A stretch of 64,000 nt of DNA from Gloeobacterales cyanobacterium. Lineage in GTDB: Bacteria; Cyanobacteriota; Cyanobacteriia; Gloeobacterales; PMM-0068. A program made the translations under genes and the position numbers. A model generated the notes under the pieces. It saw only the letters and a list, made by a program, of their open reading frames with translations. It searched no databases and was not told where the DNA came from. Where the stretch lies: the NCBI GenBank assembly GCA_038245785.1, contig JBBRSB010000015.1, forward strand, positions 34,941-98,940, given 5' to 3'. Of the stretch, positions 53,471-63,863 are shown piece by piece (positions within the stretch are counted from its first letter, which is position 1; each line of letters begins with the position of its first letter).

Positions 53471-54478
53471 TTAGACCGGAAGCGCTTTATTTGAATCTGC
53501 TTCTTTTGACGGTACCAGCGAGTCTGAGCGGAGTGCACGAAACATTCCAAATCGGCACAGCCCCGCGCCAAAAGCTAGGCGCATCAGTAGGATAGTCGGG
53601 ACTTCTCTTAGAGACTTGATGAAACCCGATGGGCCGAAACGCACTAAGCCTTCAGGTCGAGCTACGCCTTGCCAGATCGAATCGATCCAAGAGGGAAGGG
53701 TTTGCCTCGTCCAGTCTGCTGTTGTCACGTTTCCTTTAACCAACCCCGTTGCCTCTAAAAGTTCAGCAAAGCCTTCGATGCTTGAAAAAGCAGGGTGTGA
53801 CCACTGATCGAGGAGTTGCTTCATGATGGGTTTCTCCAAAAAATTAAGCGGGGTTTGGCGGTCGTCTCTCTGATTCCAGTCTGCAACCACCAGCACGCCA
53901 CCAGGTTTTAGAACCCGCATCATCTCTCTAGCGAAAATGTCTTTACGGGGCATATGGGGACCTGCTTCAATCGACCAAACCACATCAAAGCTGGCATCTG
54001 GAAATGAAAGTGCCATTGCGTCATCTACTAAAAACTGAGCGTTAAGACCCTTCGGCGTTAGCTGCTGAGCTCGTTTAACCTGTTGAGGACTGATGGTAAT
54101 CCCTGTGACTGCAAAACCGTAATCCTGTGCCAAAATGCGGCTGCTCCCCCCGATGCCACAGCCAACATCCAGAACAGTGGTGTCAGGGGGTAATGTATCT
54201 AAACCGCCCCAGCGAACCATTTCATGGACAAAATCGGATTTCGCCGTCAGAAAATCCTTCCGTCGCAACGGTGCACCGTAATGTCCCAGGTGGATATGTT
54301 CACCCCAGTAAAACTCCAAAATTCCGTCTTCCGTCCACTGGTCGTAGGAATTAGCAACCGTGTTAGAGGATTGATAACGACGAGCAGTGATTAGATAAAC
54401 CACAATGCCGATCGCTAGTAGTGACAACATAAGCCCAAGCGCAGAAAAAAATAAATTCATGTAAGGTAAAGCCTCCAT
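53471..54478 (-). CDS. MPBQ/MSBQ (tocopherol/plastoquinone pathway) methyltransferase family
   Basis: YDQWTEDGILEFYWGEHIHLGHY, LDVGCGIGGS, WSIEAGPHM; start uncertain. Confidence 0.88.
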   Translation of the reverse strand: MEALPYMNLFFSALGLMLSLLAIGIVVYLITARRYQSSNTVANSYDQWTEDGILEFYWGEHIHLGHYGAPLRRKDFLTAKSDFVHEMVRWGGLDTLPPDTTVLDVGCGIGGSSRILAQDYGFAVTGITISPQQVKRAQQLTPKGLNAQFLVDDAMALSFPDASFDVVWSIEAGPHMPRKDIFAREMMRVLKPGGVLVVADWNQRDDRQTPLNFLEKPIMKQLLDQWSHPAFSSIEGFAELLEATGLVKGNVTTADWTRQTLPSWIDSIWQGVARPEGLVRFGPSGFIKSLREVPTILLMRLAFGAGLCRFGMFRALRSDSLVPSKEADSNKALPV

Positions 54479-54829
54479 ATTTTTATTACTCCTCGTTGAG
54501 TGCACTCCCAGGTGGCCATTAGGAACGAGAACCACTAGACGCCAGCTCAGGTTAAAAAAATCTAAAGGGCGTACGTATGTTACTGCAATCTATCCGTGTA
54601 TTTTAGAGCACTCTTTAAAGTACACATTTATTTTTTTCCCTGCCCAAAAGATTTTAACTCCATTTCTACTAACTAGATAAAGAAGAGTAAGTACAGGTAG
54701 TTTCCGCATGTCCTTGAGAAGAGGTATTTTAAATTCCCAGTTTTTACGGAAGCATTTCATAGGAGTACTTTCCTATAGTGTGAATAACAAAGTTTAAAAG
54801 CTGGATTGCCTGCATAGCCTTCGGTCCTT

Positions 54830-55231
54830 TTGAATCCTGGAGTCCAAATGAGCCACTTTACCTCTAACAAAATTCTAATTAAGCGCACGGAAGAAACGCT
54901 TAGGTTGGTTCCTCATTTGGTTGGTCGTGTACTCACCTTGATTTCTGTCCAGGAGCGGCGTAATGGGTTGTTCTATCTGGTCCAGTGGTCAGCCCGTGAA
55001 AATGTGGTCATTCCTGCAGCTTGGGGAGTGGTGCTAGAGCCCGATGCTCCAGAACTAAGATCTCCGCTTTATGCAGAGGCAACCGTACCAGCGCCTAAAG
55101 TCCAGAGCCTTCAAGTCAAGCAAGAGAGCATGGCAGCAGTGCATACCTCGGTGCCCACCATCACCAGAACGGCTAGACCTCAGTCCGAAGAACAGATTGG
55201 GAAGCCACGGTTCCTCCAGCCTCCTATGTAG
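54830..55231 (+). CDS. Hypothetical protein
   Basis: 133-aa ORF filling the gap; family not recognised. Confidence 0.5.
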   Translation: MNPGVQMSHFTSNKILIKRTEETLRLVPHLVGRVLTLISVQERRNGLFYLVQWSARENVVIPAAWGVVLEPDAPELRSPLYAEATVPAPKVQSLQVKQESMAAVHTSVPTITRTARPQSEEQIGKPRFLQPPM

Positions 55232-55401
55232 TCGAGAAAGAATTACGCTATTTTGCCTCCAGAAACGTTATGAACAGCCTTTGTTCGTGACGTTCCTGCA
55301 TTTTTTCAGAGATGTATGAAGATTGGACAAAGTGTTCACAGGTAACGTTTTTGCTTGAATCGGTGTGAGAGCTTAACAATAGTTAAGACTTAACGTGAGG
55401 T

Positions 55402-55881
55402 GTGGTTGTGTTCGAATTGGTCTCTTATAAGAGGTTCAGGAACACGCCGAGTGTCCGGTTCTTCGATATTACGGTTCAGCAATCCAATGTCCGTGATTTG
55501 GTCATTCATGAAGGCCCTGCCATCAGCCCACCGGACAGTGAGCGTGGCTATTGGCAGTTCTATTTACATCCTCACCAAGAAGATAACCTTTTGGCGCTCT
55601 CTGGAGGACGTACTTTTTATCTTGTCAATTTCTCTTGGAACTATCCCTTCCACATCGTGCGTTTAGATGCAGACCGCGAAATCCTCAAGATTCCACCTGG
55701 AACTTTTCATCGTTCTGTTTCTGATCCTAAGGGTTCCGTGGTTCTGAACCAAGCGGTTCGAGACGAGTGCGCCAGCGTGAAAAGTGAGTTCCGGGTCTAT
55801 GACAGCGGAAAAATTCCTCGGTTATTACGCGTAACTTCTACTTCGGCTCCCTTGCCAAAACTGCACGGGTTTCAGTGGTGA
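55402..55881 (+). CDS. Cupin-fold cyanobacterial protein
   Basis: YLHPHQEDNL and IPPGTFHRS cupin-like motifs. Confidence 0.75.
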   Translation: MVVFELVSYKRFRNTPSVRFFDITVQQSNVRDLVIHEGPAISPPDSERGYWQFYLHPHQEDNLLALSGGRTFYLVNFSWNYPFHIVRLDADREILKIPPGTFHRSVSDPKGSVVLNQAVRDECASVKSEFRVYDSGKIPRLLRVTSTSAPLPKLHGFQW

Positions 55882-56366
55882 GCTGCATACTGCTTTTCCA
55901 TGTAGTGGACCCCAGGATTTCCATCTCGGGGTCCCACATCTTGCCAGCCTTGTTTTGAATAGAATTTCATTGCTCTCAGGTTTGTTTGGGTGACGCTTAA
56001 GCGGGCAGCGGTGCAGCCAATCTGCTTGAAAAATTCTGCTGCATACTCATCAAGCATGTTTCCTAGACCACGGCCACGATATTCCGGAATCAGATAGAAC
56101 AAATTGATATAGCCAACTCGTGGATCGTCATGGAATTTTTTCATTTCTATCTGTCCAATAATCTGTTCGTCTTCCCAGAGGTGTACGCAGCTGTTTGGAA
56201 TGATTTCCATGCGTTGTTTCAGCCATGCTAGATAGCGTTCTGAACCTTCTTCCTCTCCCTCATAGAACAGGTCCGTAGAACCAAAACTGCAAAACAAAGA
56301 ATCTCCGCGAAAGCGAATACACCAAGGGGCATGCTGCTCTAAATCAATAGGTTTAAACTCAAACAT
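55872..56366 (-). CDS. GNAT N-acetyltransferase
   Basis: PEYRGRGLG, NLRAMKFYSKQGW. Confidence 0.88.
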   Translation of the reverse strand: MFEFKPIDLEQHAPWCIRFRGDSLFCSFGSTDLFYEGEEEGSERYLAWLKQRMEIIPNSCVHLWEDEQIIGQIEMKKFHDDPRVGYINLFYLIPEYRGRGLGNMLDEYAAEFFKQIGCTAARLSVTQTNLRAMKFYSKQGWQDVGPRDGNPGVHYMEKQYAAHH

Positions 56367-56582
56367 GGTGGAAATTTCTGCTCGCTTCCCAGTAGATGCC
56401 AGTGGATGTGGAGATAGATGGAGCCATTAATATCCTACTCCGCTTCTTCTGTATCTGTGGAGGCCGCAGAAGGAGGTAGATTTGGAGCACGCCTGCGTTT
56501 TAGGTAAAGACTCTCAACCATTGGGGTACCTTTACTGTTAAGTTTGTAAAGGTTCGCTTAATACATCCCCTCGGAGACCCTG

Positions 56583-57686
56583 ATGGCCAGCCCAGCCAAG
56601 ATCCCAACTGTAAATGCCCCTGAATCCTATAAATCCCGCAATAATCAACAAATAAAAGAGCTGGAAGCCCAGGCCGATCTCCAAACTGTAATCAAAAGTC
56701 TACCCCGTGAACTTTTTGAAAAGAATATGACCAAGGCCTATGTCTCTCTGGTCTCCAATATCGCCTGTGTAGCCTTGGGCTATGTCAGCCTGGCTCTGAA
56801 CCCCTTTCCTGCCCTTTTTCCCTTGTTGTGGATATTTACGGGCACAGCCCTAACCGGATTTTTCGTGCTGGCCCATGATTCAGGCCATCGCTCATTTTCT
56901 CCGCGACGTTGGGAGAATGACTTGGTGGGGCACGTTTTGCTTCTGCCTTTACTCTATCCGTTCCACTGTTGGCGGATCATGCATGACAAGCATCACAAGT
57001 ACACCAACCACATTGAAGAAGATAATGCCTGGGCACCGTTGCGTCCAGAAGTGTTCCAGTCTCTACCTTCTGTCACCCAATTTCTCTATTCCCAGGCTCG
57101 TGGTTACTTCTGGTGGTTGGCCTCGATTGGTCACTGGCTAGCGATCCATTTCAATCCTAAACTCTATCGGGAGCAGGACCGCAAGGATGCCACCTTCTCT
57201 ATGCGCCTGGTCCAAGCTTTTGCTCTTGTCCTATTTCCGACGTTGTTCTACATCGGTAGCGTATCGGGCGGCGTCTTGGGTGGCTTCTGGGCGATTGCCA
57301 ATTTCTGGCTGATGCCTTTTTTGGTCTACCACTTCTGGATGAGCACCTTCACCCTGATTCACCACACTCGTTTCGATATTCCTTTCTATGAAGCGCAGCA
57401 ATGGACAGCGGTTACAGGCCAATTATTCTCTACCATCCACTGCGATTTCCCAGCCTGGGTAGAGTACCTTTGCCATAACATCAATGTCCATATTCCTCAC
57501 CATGTGAGTACAGCTATCCCTTCCTATAACCTCCCCAAGGCCCATAAAGAAATCAAAGCTCGTTGGGGGCCGTTTATTCATGAGACCCGTTTTGACTGGC
57601 CTCTGATGAAAGGGATTGTCCGCTCTTGCCATCTCTACAACGATGAGGATGGCTACTATCGAGCGGTGCAAGACCTGAAAAACTAG
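56583..57686 (+). CDS. desA: Delta-12 acyl-lipid desaturase
   Basis: His boxes HDSGH, HDKHH and HIPHH; FWMSTFT. Confidence 0.9.
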   Translation: MASPAKIPTVNAPESYKSRNNQQIKELEAQADLQTVIKSLPRELFEKNMTKAYVSLVSNIACVALGYVSLALNPFPALFPLLWIFTGTALTGFFVLAHDSGHRSFSPRRWENDLVGHVLLLPLLYPFHCWRIMHDKHHKYTNHIEEDNAWAPLRPEVFQSLPSVTQFLYSQARGYFWWLASIGHWLAIHFNPKLYREQDRKDATFSMRLVQAFALVLFPTLFYIGSVSGGVLGGFWAIANFWLMPFLVYHFWMSTFTLIHHTRFDIPFYEAQQWTAVTGQLFSTIHCDFPAWVEYLCHNINVHIPHHVSTAIPSYNLPKAHKEIKARWGPFIHETRFDWPLMKGIVRSCHLYNDEDGYYRAVQDLKN

Positions 57687-57710
57687 ATAGGTATAAAAAA
57701 AGCGCAGGTT

Positions 57711-58247
57711 GTGATGCTGCGACGATTGAAAGACAAGTTGCACTGGTCTGGTCACCTGGAGTTCCGGGTGGCCTCGCTGGTCCTCCCTTCTGGAGAAGTT
57801 ATTGAGCGGGAATATTTTGAGCATCCTGGAGGCGTGACCATCGTAGCGCTTACGCCTCGGCAGGAATTGGTGCTTGTAAACCAATATCGATTCACCTTGG
57901 ACCAGTGCACGCTGGAGTTTCCGGGAGGCACCTTAGAGCCTGGGGAATCATGGCTGGAAGCAGCTAAGCGAGAATTGCTAGAAGAAAGTGGTTACGAGAG
58001 CAAAAATTGGACTTTATTGGGAACGTTTTTTCTAGCGCCTGGCTATTCCTCAGAAGTTCAACACGTTTACTTAGCGCGAGATAGTCAGCCTGCTGTCCAA
58101 AAGGTTGAGGCTGATGCAGATGAATACATCACCGAAGTTCTGTGCTGGTCTACCGAACAGTGGCAAGCCTTCTTAAAAGCACACAGCCAAACGGATGCTA
58201 AAACGTTAGCGGCCTGGTACTTGGCCCAAATTGAGTTAGGCAACTAG
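57711..58247 (+). CDS. NUDIX hydrolase (ADP-ribose pyrophosphatase-like)
   Basis: Nudix box GTLEPGE..AAKRELLEESG. Confidence 0.9.
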   Translation: MMLRRLKDKLHWSGHLEFRVASLVLPSGEVIEREYFEHPGGVTIVALTPRQELVLVNQYRFTLDQCTLEFPGGTLEPGESWLEAAKRELLEESGYESKNWTLLGTFFLAPGYSSEVQHVYLARDSQPAVQKVEADADEYITEVLCWSTEQWQAFLKAHSQTDAKTLAAWYLAQIELGN

Positions 58248-58352
58248 TAATAAATACTCAAGGTCCCTAAAGATAAGTAAAGTTTAGACAACTATCATTT
58301 AGTTTCTAATAATGGCTCTACACTGAAGTGGCACAAAAGTTGAGAATGTCGT

Positions 58353-58715
58353 ATGGGTAATACTGGAGAAGAAAGAGGCAAGAACAAGGCCAGCCAAGAA
58401 ACCTTGGAAAGTATGATCCATTTCTCTGAACAATATGCGCGGCGTAGTGAAACTTTCTTTTGCTCTGATCCCGTAATTACGAAGGCTGTTATTGAGGGAC
58501 TGGCCAAGCATAGAGAAGAGCTGGGTTCTCCTCTGTGCCCCTGTCGTTTTTATGAAGACAAAGAAGCAGAAGTAAAATCGGCCTATTGGAATTGTCCTTG
58601 CGTTCCGATGCGAGAACGAAAGGAATGTCATTGCCTTCTATTCCTCAGACCCGATGATCCCTATGTCGGAACTTCTCAGAGCTACATACCTACGGAAGTG
58701 GATTACAACTCCTGA
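58353..58715 (+). CDS. ftrC: Ferredoxin-thioredoxin reductase catalytic subunit
   Basis: CPC, CPC and CHC motifs; GLAKH.EELGSPLCPCR. Confidence 0.95.
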   Translation: MGNTGEERGKNKASQETLESMIHFSEQYARRSETFFCSDPVITKAVIEGLAKHREELGSPLCPCRFYEDKEAEVKSAYWNCPCVPMRERKECHCLLFLRPDDPYVGTSQSYIPTEVDYNS

Positions 58716-59092
58716 TGGATGAGTTTTGGCGGGGTTTAGAGGAATTTAACAACCGTCAGTTCTATAACTGTCATGACACGATAGAAGCTATCTGGCTCGA
58801 ATCCCAACATCCAACTAAGTTGTTTTATCAGGGGTTAATCCAAATTGCGGTCGGTTTATATCACCTAGAGAATAAAAATTGGCAGGGAGCTGTCACGCTA
58901 CTGCGCTCAGGAATAGACCGCTTAGAATATTTTTGTCCCAGATACTATGGTGTAGAACTAACACCCTTATTGGATCAGGTCGATAAGCTCTTAGAGCAAC
59001 TCTATGAGCTTGGCCCAGAAAGGATTGCTCAGATCGATTTAAGCAATTTACCCCAAATAAGCTACCAACGCTTTACGGATGGTTCTTCCTGA
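58715..59092 (+). CDS. DUF309 family protein
   Basis: FN..QFY.CHD..E..W, YQGLIQIAV..YH. Confidence 0.9.
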   Translation: MDEFWRGLEEFNNRQFYNCHDTIEAIWLESQHPTKLFYQGLIQIAVGLYHLENKNWQGAVTLLRSGIDRLEYFCPRYYGVELTPLLDQVDKLLEQLYELGPERIAQIDLSNLPQISYQRFTDGSS

Positions 59093-59163
59093 AATGACAA
59101 GCCTAATCGCAGCCCTTCGACGTAGCTCTGGGGCCACAAGCTGCGGGGTATGCGTAGTCGTTT

Positions 59164-60438
59164 TTAGATCAACCATAACAAGGGGACTAACCCCGCAATA
59201 GCCAGGATGAGCAGTAAACCAAAACTTTGTTGTCCAGTCTGGCGCTCGCCGAAACTGATCGCATAAATCCCTTTAATCAAATTGTTACTGGCGGCAGCAA
59301 TCAAAATGGCGGCACCTGCCGCTGATAAAGTTATGGATTGTCCAGCTGATTGCGTAATTCCTAAAATAAACGGGTCAACATCGGTTACGCCCATGAGGCC
59401 TGCCAGGACGTACACACCACGATTTCCCAAATACACCACCGTATAGTGTGTCAGAATCACTATGACCACAAATAGGAAGGCAAACAAGAATGCTGCTTTC
59501 AGTTCTAGTGGATTTTCAGCAGGATGAAGTTGCTTGTCTGAAGCGAGAGAATGGCTGCGGTCGTCTTTCGTTGCCCATAACCAACCACCTCCAATCCCCG
59601 CGATCGCCAAAACTATAAACGGTATTATGAGTTCCTTGAACAGTGCTGGACTAAATAAACTTACGAGCAGTCCTAACCTTAAATACATGACTCCAGAAGC
59701 TAGGAGAATGGCGCCAGCGTAAGCATGAGGACGTTGATCAATCGTTGATCGCTTTGCCAGAGCAACGGTCGTCACCGTAGACGAGTAGGCACCGCCCAGC
59801 AACGCTGTTAGTATGACTCCCCCTCGACCTTTCACTACTTTTTGCAGTAGAAAACTCCCGTAAGAAATTGTGCTGACGGCCACCACCACTAGCCAGGTCT
59901 TGAAGGGATTGATCTGAAAGGAGCTAAATGCCTGATTCGGAAGAATGGGCAGAACTACGAGGGTAAGAAACAGAAACTTGGTAAAGGTGAAGATGTCATC
60001 GGGAGAAAAGCGATGCGCCAATCCTTCTAAAATAGACTTCAGCTCCAGCAGCATCAGACTAATGATGACGAGGGTTGAAGCGACCCAAAAGTACCCACTG
60101 TAGACCAAGGCTCCGACCAGATATGTCAATAGTCCTGCCATTTCAGAGGTTAATCCTGCCTCTTTAGACGACTGGGTTTTGTGCCAGTAGGACATCATCA
60201 TTAACCCGCCAACTATCAAAAAACCAGCAGCTAAGGGCAGCAACTGCGTGGCTGATAGTAAGGCCATACCATAGCCAATCAGTCCAATTAAGGGGTAGGT
60301 ACGGACACCTCCGAAAACGTATTTACCCGGTGCAGACTTTTGTTCTTCCCGCTCCAGTCCAATTAAGAAGGAAAGGAATAGTACCAGAAAGATTTTTATG
60401 ACATCGGCGGGAATAAGGGCAAAAATTGGCAGGTTCAT
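59164..60438 (-). CDS. MgtC/SapB family membrane protein (DUF4010-type)
   Basis: LIGLERE, GGVRTY, GLTSE, GGAYSSTVTT, NPLEL. Confidence 0.88.
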   Translation of the reverse strand: MNLPIFALIPADVIKIFLVLFLSFLIGLEREEQKSAPGKYVFGGVRTYPLIGLIGYGMALLSATQLLPLAAGFLIVGGLMMMSYWHKTQSSKEAGLTSEMAGLLTYLVGALVYSGYFWVASTLVIISLMLLELKSILEGLAHRFSPDDIFTFTKFLFLTLVVLPILPNQAFSSFQINPFKTWLVVVAVSTISYGSFLLQKVVKGRGGVILTALLGGAYSSTVTTVALAKRSTIDQRPHAYAGAILLASGVMYLRLGLLVSLFSPALFKELIIPFIVLAIAGIGGGWLWATKDDRSHSLASDKQLHPAENPLELKAAFLFAFLFVVIVILTHYTVVYLGNRGVYVLAGLMGVTDVDPFILGITQSAGQSITLSAAGAAILIAAASNNLIKGIYAISFGERQTGQQSFGLLLILAIAGLVPLLWLI

Positions 60439-60595
60439 TGTAAGGTTTACATGCTTCCATTGATTGCACCAAGGCTTCTTAACCCTATCTTAACCTTTGG
60501 CTTCAGGAGTATCCTGTGGGCATTCTGCTATTTATATGCCGAACGGTCGCAGATCCCGCTAATCTGGAAATGTTACGTTTTCTTTACAATAAAAC

Positions 60596-60907
60596 ATGGA
60601 AGAATTGACCACGGCCAAGCGCATTTTATTCGGAGTCGGTTGGGGCGTCTTACGTGGAGGAGCTATCGCTGCTATCGTTTTCCCGATTACGACGGGCAGT
60701 ATCCAGATTGGCTTTATCCTGGCGATCGTGATTCTGACGGCTATAGCGCTTGGGATTTCACTCTATTGGAATGCGGCCCAGGGGCCTTGCCCCAATTGTG
60801 AAAATGTTTTGCTTGCCACTCCTTCCGGGAGCACCTGCCGCAACTGTGGCCAAAAAGTCATAGCTGAGCAACGCCAGCTGGTCGCAGTCGAGAATAAAGG
60901 GCGATAG
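60596..60907 (+). CDS. Small membrane protein with a C-terminal zinc ribbon
   Basis: Two TM helices, CPNC and CRNC. Confidence 0.7.
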   Translation: MEELTTAKRILFGVGWGVLRGGAIAAIVFPITTGSIQIGFILAIVILTAIALGISLYWNAAQGPCPNCENVLLATPSGSTCRNCGQKVIAEQRQLVAVENKGR

Positions 60908-60973
60908 GCAAGAACACCCATGATTTTGTCCTCATAATCTTGTAAACTTTTATAAACATAAGTATTTAAATTA

Positions 60974-61936
60974 ATGAATGTTTTAATAGTTGGTGGTACT
61001 GGAACCCTAGGCCGACAGATTGTTAAAAAAGTGATTGAAGACGGCCACAGTGTCCGTTGTCTAGTCCGAGACCGGATTCGGGCGCAGTTCTTAGAAGAAT
61101 GGGGTGCTGTTCTCTACAAGGGAGATCTGAACAATTTAGAGAACCTGCCCGATGTCCTCGAAGGAGTTGATGCCGTTATTACTACGGCTAGTGCTGGCGC
61201 TGGTTTAAAGGGAAATACCATCTACTCTGTAGACGACAGAGGCAATCAAGCTTTGATTGAAGGGGCCAAAAAAGCGGGTATCAAGCTTTTCATCTTCACT
61301 TCTATCCTCAAATGTGATGAATATCCAAATGTCCCCCTTATGGGTATCAAACTGGACTGTGAGAAGCAGCTTAAAGCTTCAGGCATGAACTATGTCATTT
61401 TCCGACCCAGTGCTTTTTTGCAGGGAGTTATTTCTCAGTATGCAATTCCGATTTTGGAACAAAAGACCGCCTGGGTATTGGGGGAGCCTTCTAGTGTTTC
61501 CTATATCAGCACCTTGGATGCTGCCCGCTTCTACTGCATGGCGCTCACCAAACCAGAAGTGCACAATAAGACCTTTGCTCTCTGTGGCACAGAACTCTGG
61601 ACACCCGATGAACTGATTGGTCTCTGCGATGACTTAGCAGACTGGCCGAGGGCGCCTAAGGTTACCCGCCTGCCCTTAGGCTTGTTAAAGTTCATGCGTA
61701 AAGCTGCAAAATACTTTGAATGGACCCGTTATTCTGCAGATTTCTTTGAGTTCTCGGAAGTGATTGCTTCTGGAGAATCCTTTGGTGTCGACATGAAACC
61801 GACCTGTGATGCCTTTGGTGTCGGCGTTGGTGAACTCTCGACCATGGAGCAGTTCTTGGGCGAGTACTATGCCAAGATGAAGCGAAAACTCAAGGAAATG
61901 AACTATAAACCACCCAAGGTCCGTACCCCGTTCTAG
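60974..61936 (+). CDS. Ycf39-like atypical short-chain dehydrogenase (NmrA/SDR)
   Basis: GGTGTLGRQIV, FLEEWGA, YPNVPLM.IK, QYAIPILE. Confidence 0.88.
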   Translation: MNVLIVGGTGTLGRQIVKKVIEDGHSVRCLVRDRIRAQFLEEWGAVLYKGDLNNLENLPDVLEGVDAVITTASAGAGLKGNTIYSVDDRGNQALIEGAKKAGIKLFIFTSILKCDEYPNVPLMGIKLDCEKQLKASGMNYVIFRPSAFLQGVISQYAIPILEQKTAWVLGEPSSVSYISTLDAARFYCMALTKPEVHNKTFALCGTELWTPDELIGLCDDLADWPRAPKVTRLPLGLLKFMRKAAKYFEWTRYSADFFEFSEVIASGESFGVDMKPTCDAFGVGVGELSTMEQFLGEYYAKMKRKLKEMNYKPPKVRTPF

Positions 61937-61996
61937 AGCTTTTGCAGTAAAGTACAAAAGACGTGACGTGAAGCGGCGTGCGCCTACGCTCGAAAG

Positions 61997-63823
61997 ATGC
62001 CTGTGAAAAAAATCTATTGGTCTACTCTTGTTCTTAGTCTGAGCCTAACCCTAACTGCCTGTGGTGGCAGCACTGAAACTAAAACGGGTGTAGTTCAGCC
62101 CAAAGCGAGTGATAAGCCTGTCGAGATCGGTGGAGAATATCTATCGACGACTACCGCAGACCCCAAAACCTTTAACTTAGCTCTTGCAGGGGAGACTTCT
62201 AGTACAGGGCCCTTGGGTTTGGTTTTTGAGGGCCTGGTCACGGAAAACGGACTGACTACTGAGGTTGAGCCAGAGCTGGCTGAAAAATGGGAAATAAGTA
62301 AAGACGGTAAACGGATTACTTTTACCCTGCGTCAGGGATTGAAATGGTCCGATGGAGCTCCGCTCACTGCTGATGATGTCCTGTTCACTTTTAATGATGT
62401 TTATTTCAATCTTAAAATTCCTACCGACTCTAGAGATATTCTCCGTATTGGAGAGAAGAAAGAATTACCCAAGCTTCAAAAAGTAGATGCTCAAACCATA
62501 GCTTTTATCCTGCCAGAGCCTTTTGCCCCCTTCATGCGTTCGGTTGGTTTAGCTATTCTGCCCAAACATGTTTTGGAGAAGACCGTCAAAGAGACTAATA
62601 CAAAGGGAGAACCAAAATTCTTAACTACTTGGTCTATTGAAACTGATGTGAAAAAAATTGTTGGCAATGGATTATATAAATTCCAGGAATACGTGCCAGG
62701 ACAGCGAATTCGCTATCAGAACAATCCTAACTATTGGCGTAAAGATACAGATGGACGCCAGCAGCCCTACATCACTAATAGAACTATACAAATTGTTCCG
62801 AATTTGGATACGGTCTTACTCAAGTTTACTTCGGGACAGTCAGATGCCTATGCACTGCGAGGAGAAGATTTTGAACTGCTCAAACCCAAGGAAAAAGAAG
62901 GCAACTATACGATTTACAATGGCGGACCTGATTTTGGAGAGCTTTTTGTTTCTTTTAACCTTTTACAAGGAAAGAATCCAGCTAATAACAAACCTTTCAT
63001 AGATCCTGTGAAGAGTGCTTGGTTCAATGATCTAAAATTCCGTCAGGCTATCGCTTATGCCTTAGACCGCCAGACGATGTTAGACAATATCTATCGTGGA
63101 CTTGGCGCATTGCAAGATTCACCTATTTCAGTGCCTAGTCCTTTCTATCTCAAGCCCGAAGATGGACTACCTGTCTACAAATTTGATCCAGAAAAATCGA
63201 AAACACTGTTAAAAGAAGCTGGCTTTTCTCCGGGAGGCGATGGAAAACTTAGAGACAAGAGTGGCAATATAGTCCGCTTCACTTTAGTCACCAATACAGA
63301 GAATACAGACCGAGCTAAATTGGGCTCCCAAATAAAGGCAGATCTCAATAAAATAGGAATAACCTTAGATGTTTTGCCCCTAAACTTTAATACCATTGTA
63401 AAAAAGCTAGATGTCACTCATGATTGGGACTTAGTTCTGATTGGTTTTACAGGAGGTATTGAACCGAACAGTGGAGCTAATTTATGGCGTACCGATGGCC
63501 AGCTCCATATGTATAATGCACAGCCTAATGTCGTGGATAAACAGAGATACAAAATTGAAGATTACCCTGGGCGCGTTATATATCCTTGGGAAAAAGAAAT
63601 AGATAATCTATTTGTTAAAGGCGCACAGGAAATAGATGAGCCTAAACGAAAGGAATACTACAAACGATTTCAAATCATCATTCAAGAACAGGTTCCTGTT
63701 ATCCATTTGCTGAATAACTTGTCCTTAACGGCTGTTCGCAACCGCGTGCAGAACGTCAAATATACAGCTCTTGGGGGAAACAGATGGAATGCCTACGAGC
63801 AGTTCATCACCCCCGAACCATAG
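61997..63823 (+). CDS. Peptide/nickel ABC transporter substrate-binding lipoprotein (family 5)
   Basis: Lipobox LTAC, DPKTFN, KWSDGAPLTADDV.FT. Confidence 0.92.
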   Translation: MPVKKIYWSTLVLSLSLTLTACGGSTETKTGVVQPKASDKPVEIGGEYLSTTTADPKTFNLALAGETSSTGPLGLVFEGLVTENGLTTEVEPELAEKWEISKDGKRITFTLRQGLKWSDGAPLTADDVLFTFNDVYFNLKIPTDSRDILRIGEKKELPKLQKVDAQTIAFILPEPFAPFMRSVGLAILPKHVLEKTVKETNTKGEPKFLTTWSIETDVKKIVGNGLYKFQEYVPGQRIRYQNNPNYWRKDTDGRQQPYITNRTIQIVPNLDTVLLKFTSGQSDAYALRGEDFELLKPKEKEGNYTIYNGGPDFGELFVSFNLLQGKNPANNKPFIDPVKSAWFNDLKFRQAIAYALDRQTMLDNIYRGLGALQDSPISVPSPFYLKPEDGLPVYKFDPEKSKTLLKEAGFSPGGDGKLRDKSGNIVRFTLVTNTENTDRAKLGSQIKADLNKIGITLDVLPLNFNTIVKKLDVTHDWDLVLIGFTGGIEPNSGANLWRTDGQLHMYNAQPNVVDKQRYKIEDYPGRVIYPWEKEIDNLFVKGAQEIDEPKRKEYYKRFQIIIQEQVPVIHLLNNLSLTAVRNRVQNVKYTALGGNRWNAYEQFITPEP

Positions 63824-63826
63824 AGA

Positions 63827-63863
63827 AACCCCTCAGTCCCTACGGGACAGCTCCCCTCGAAGG
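63827..63863 (+). repeat. MITE/REP-like element copy C (left end), interrupted by an IS
   Basis: AACCCCTCAGTCCCTACGGGACAGCTCCCCTCGAAGG. Confidence 0.8.
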
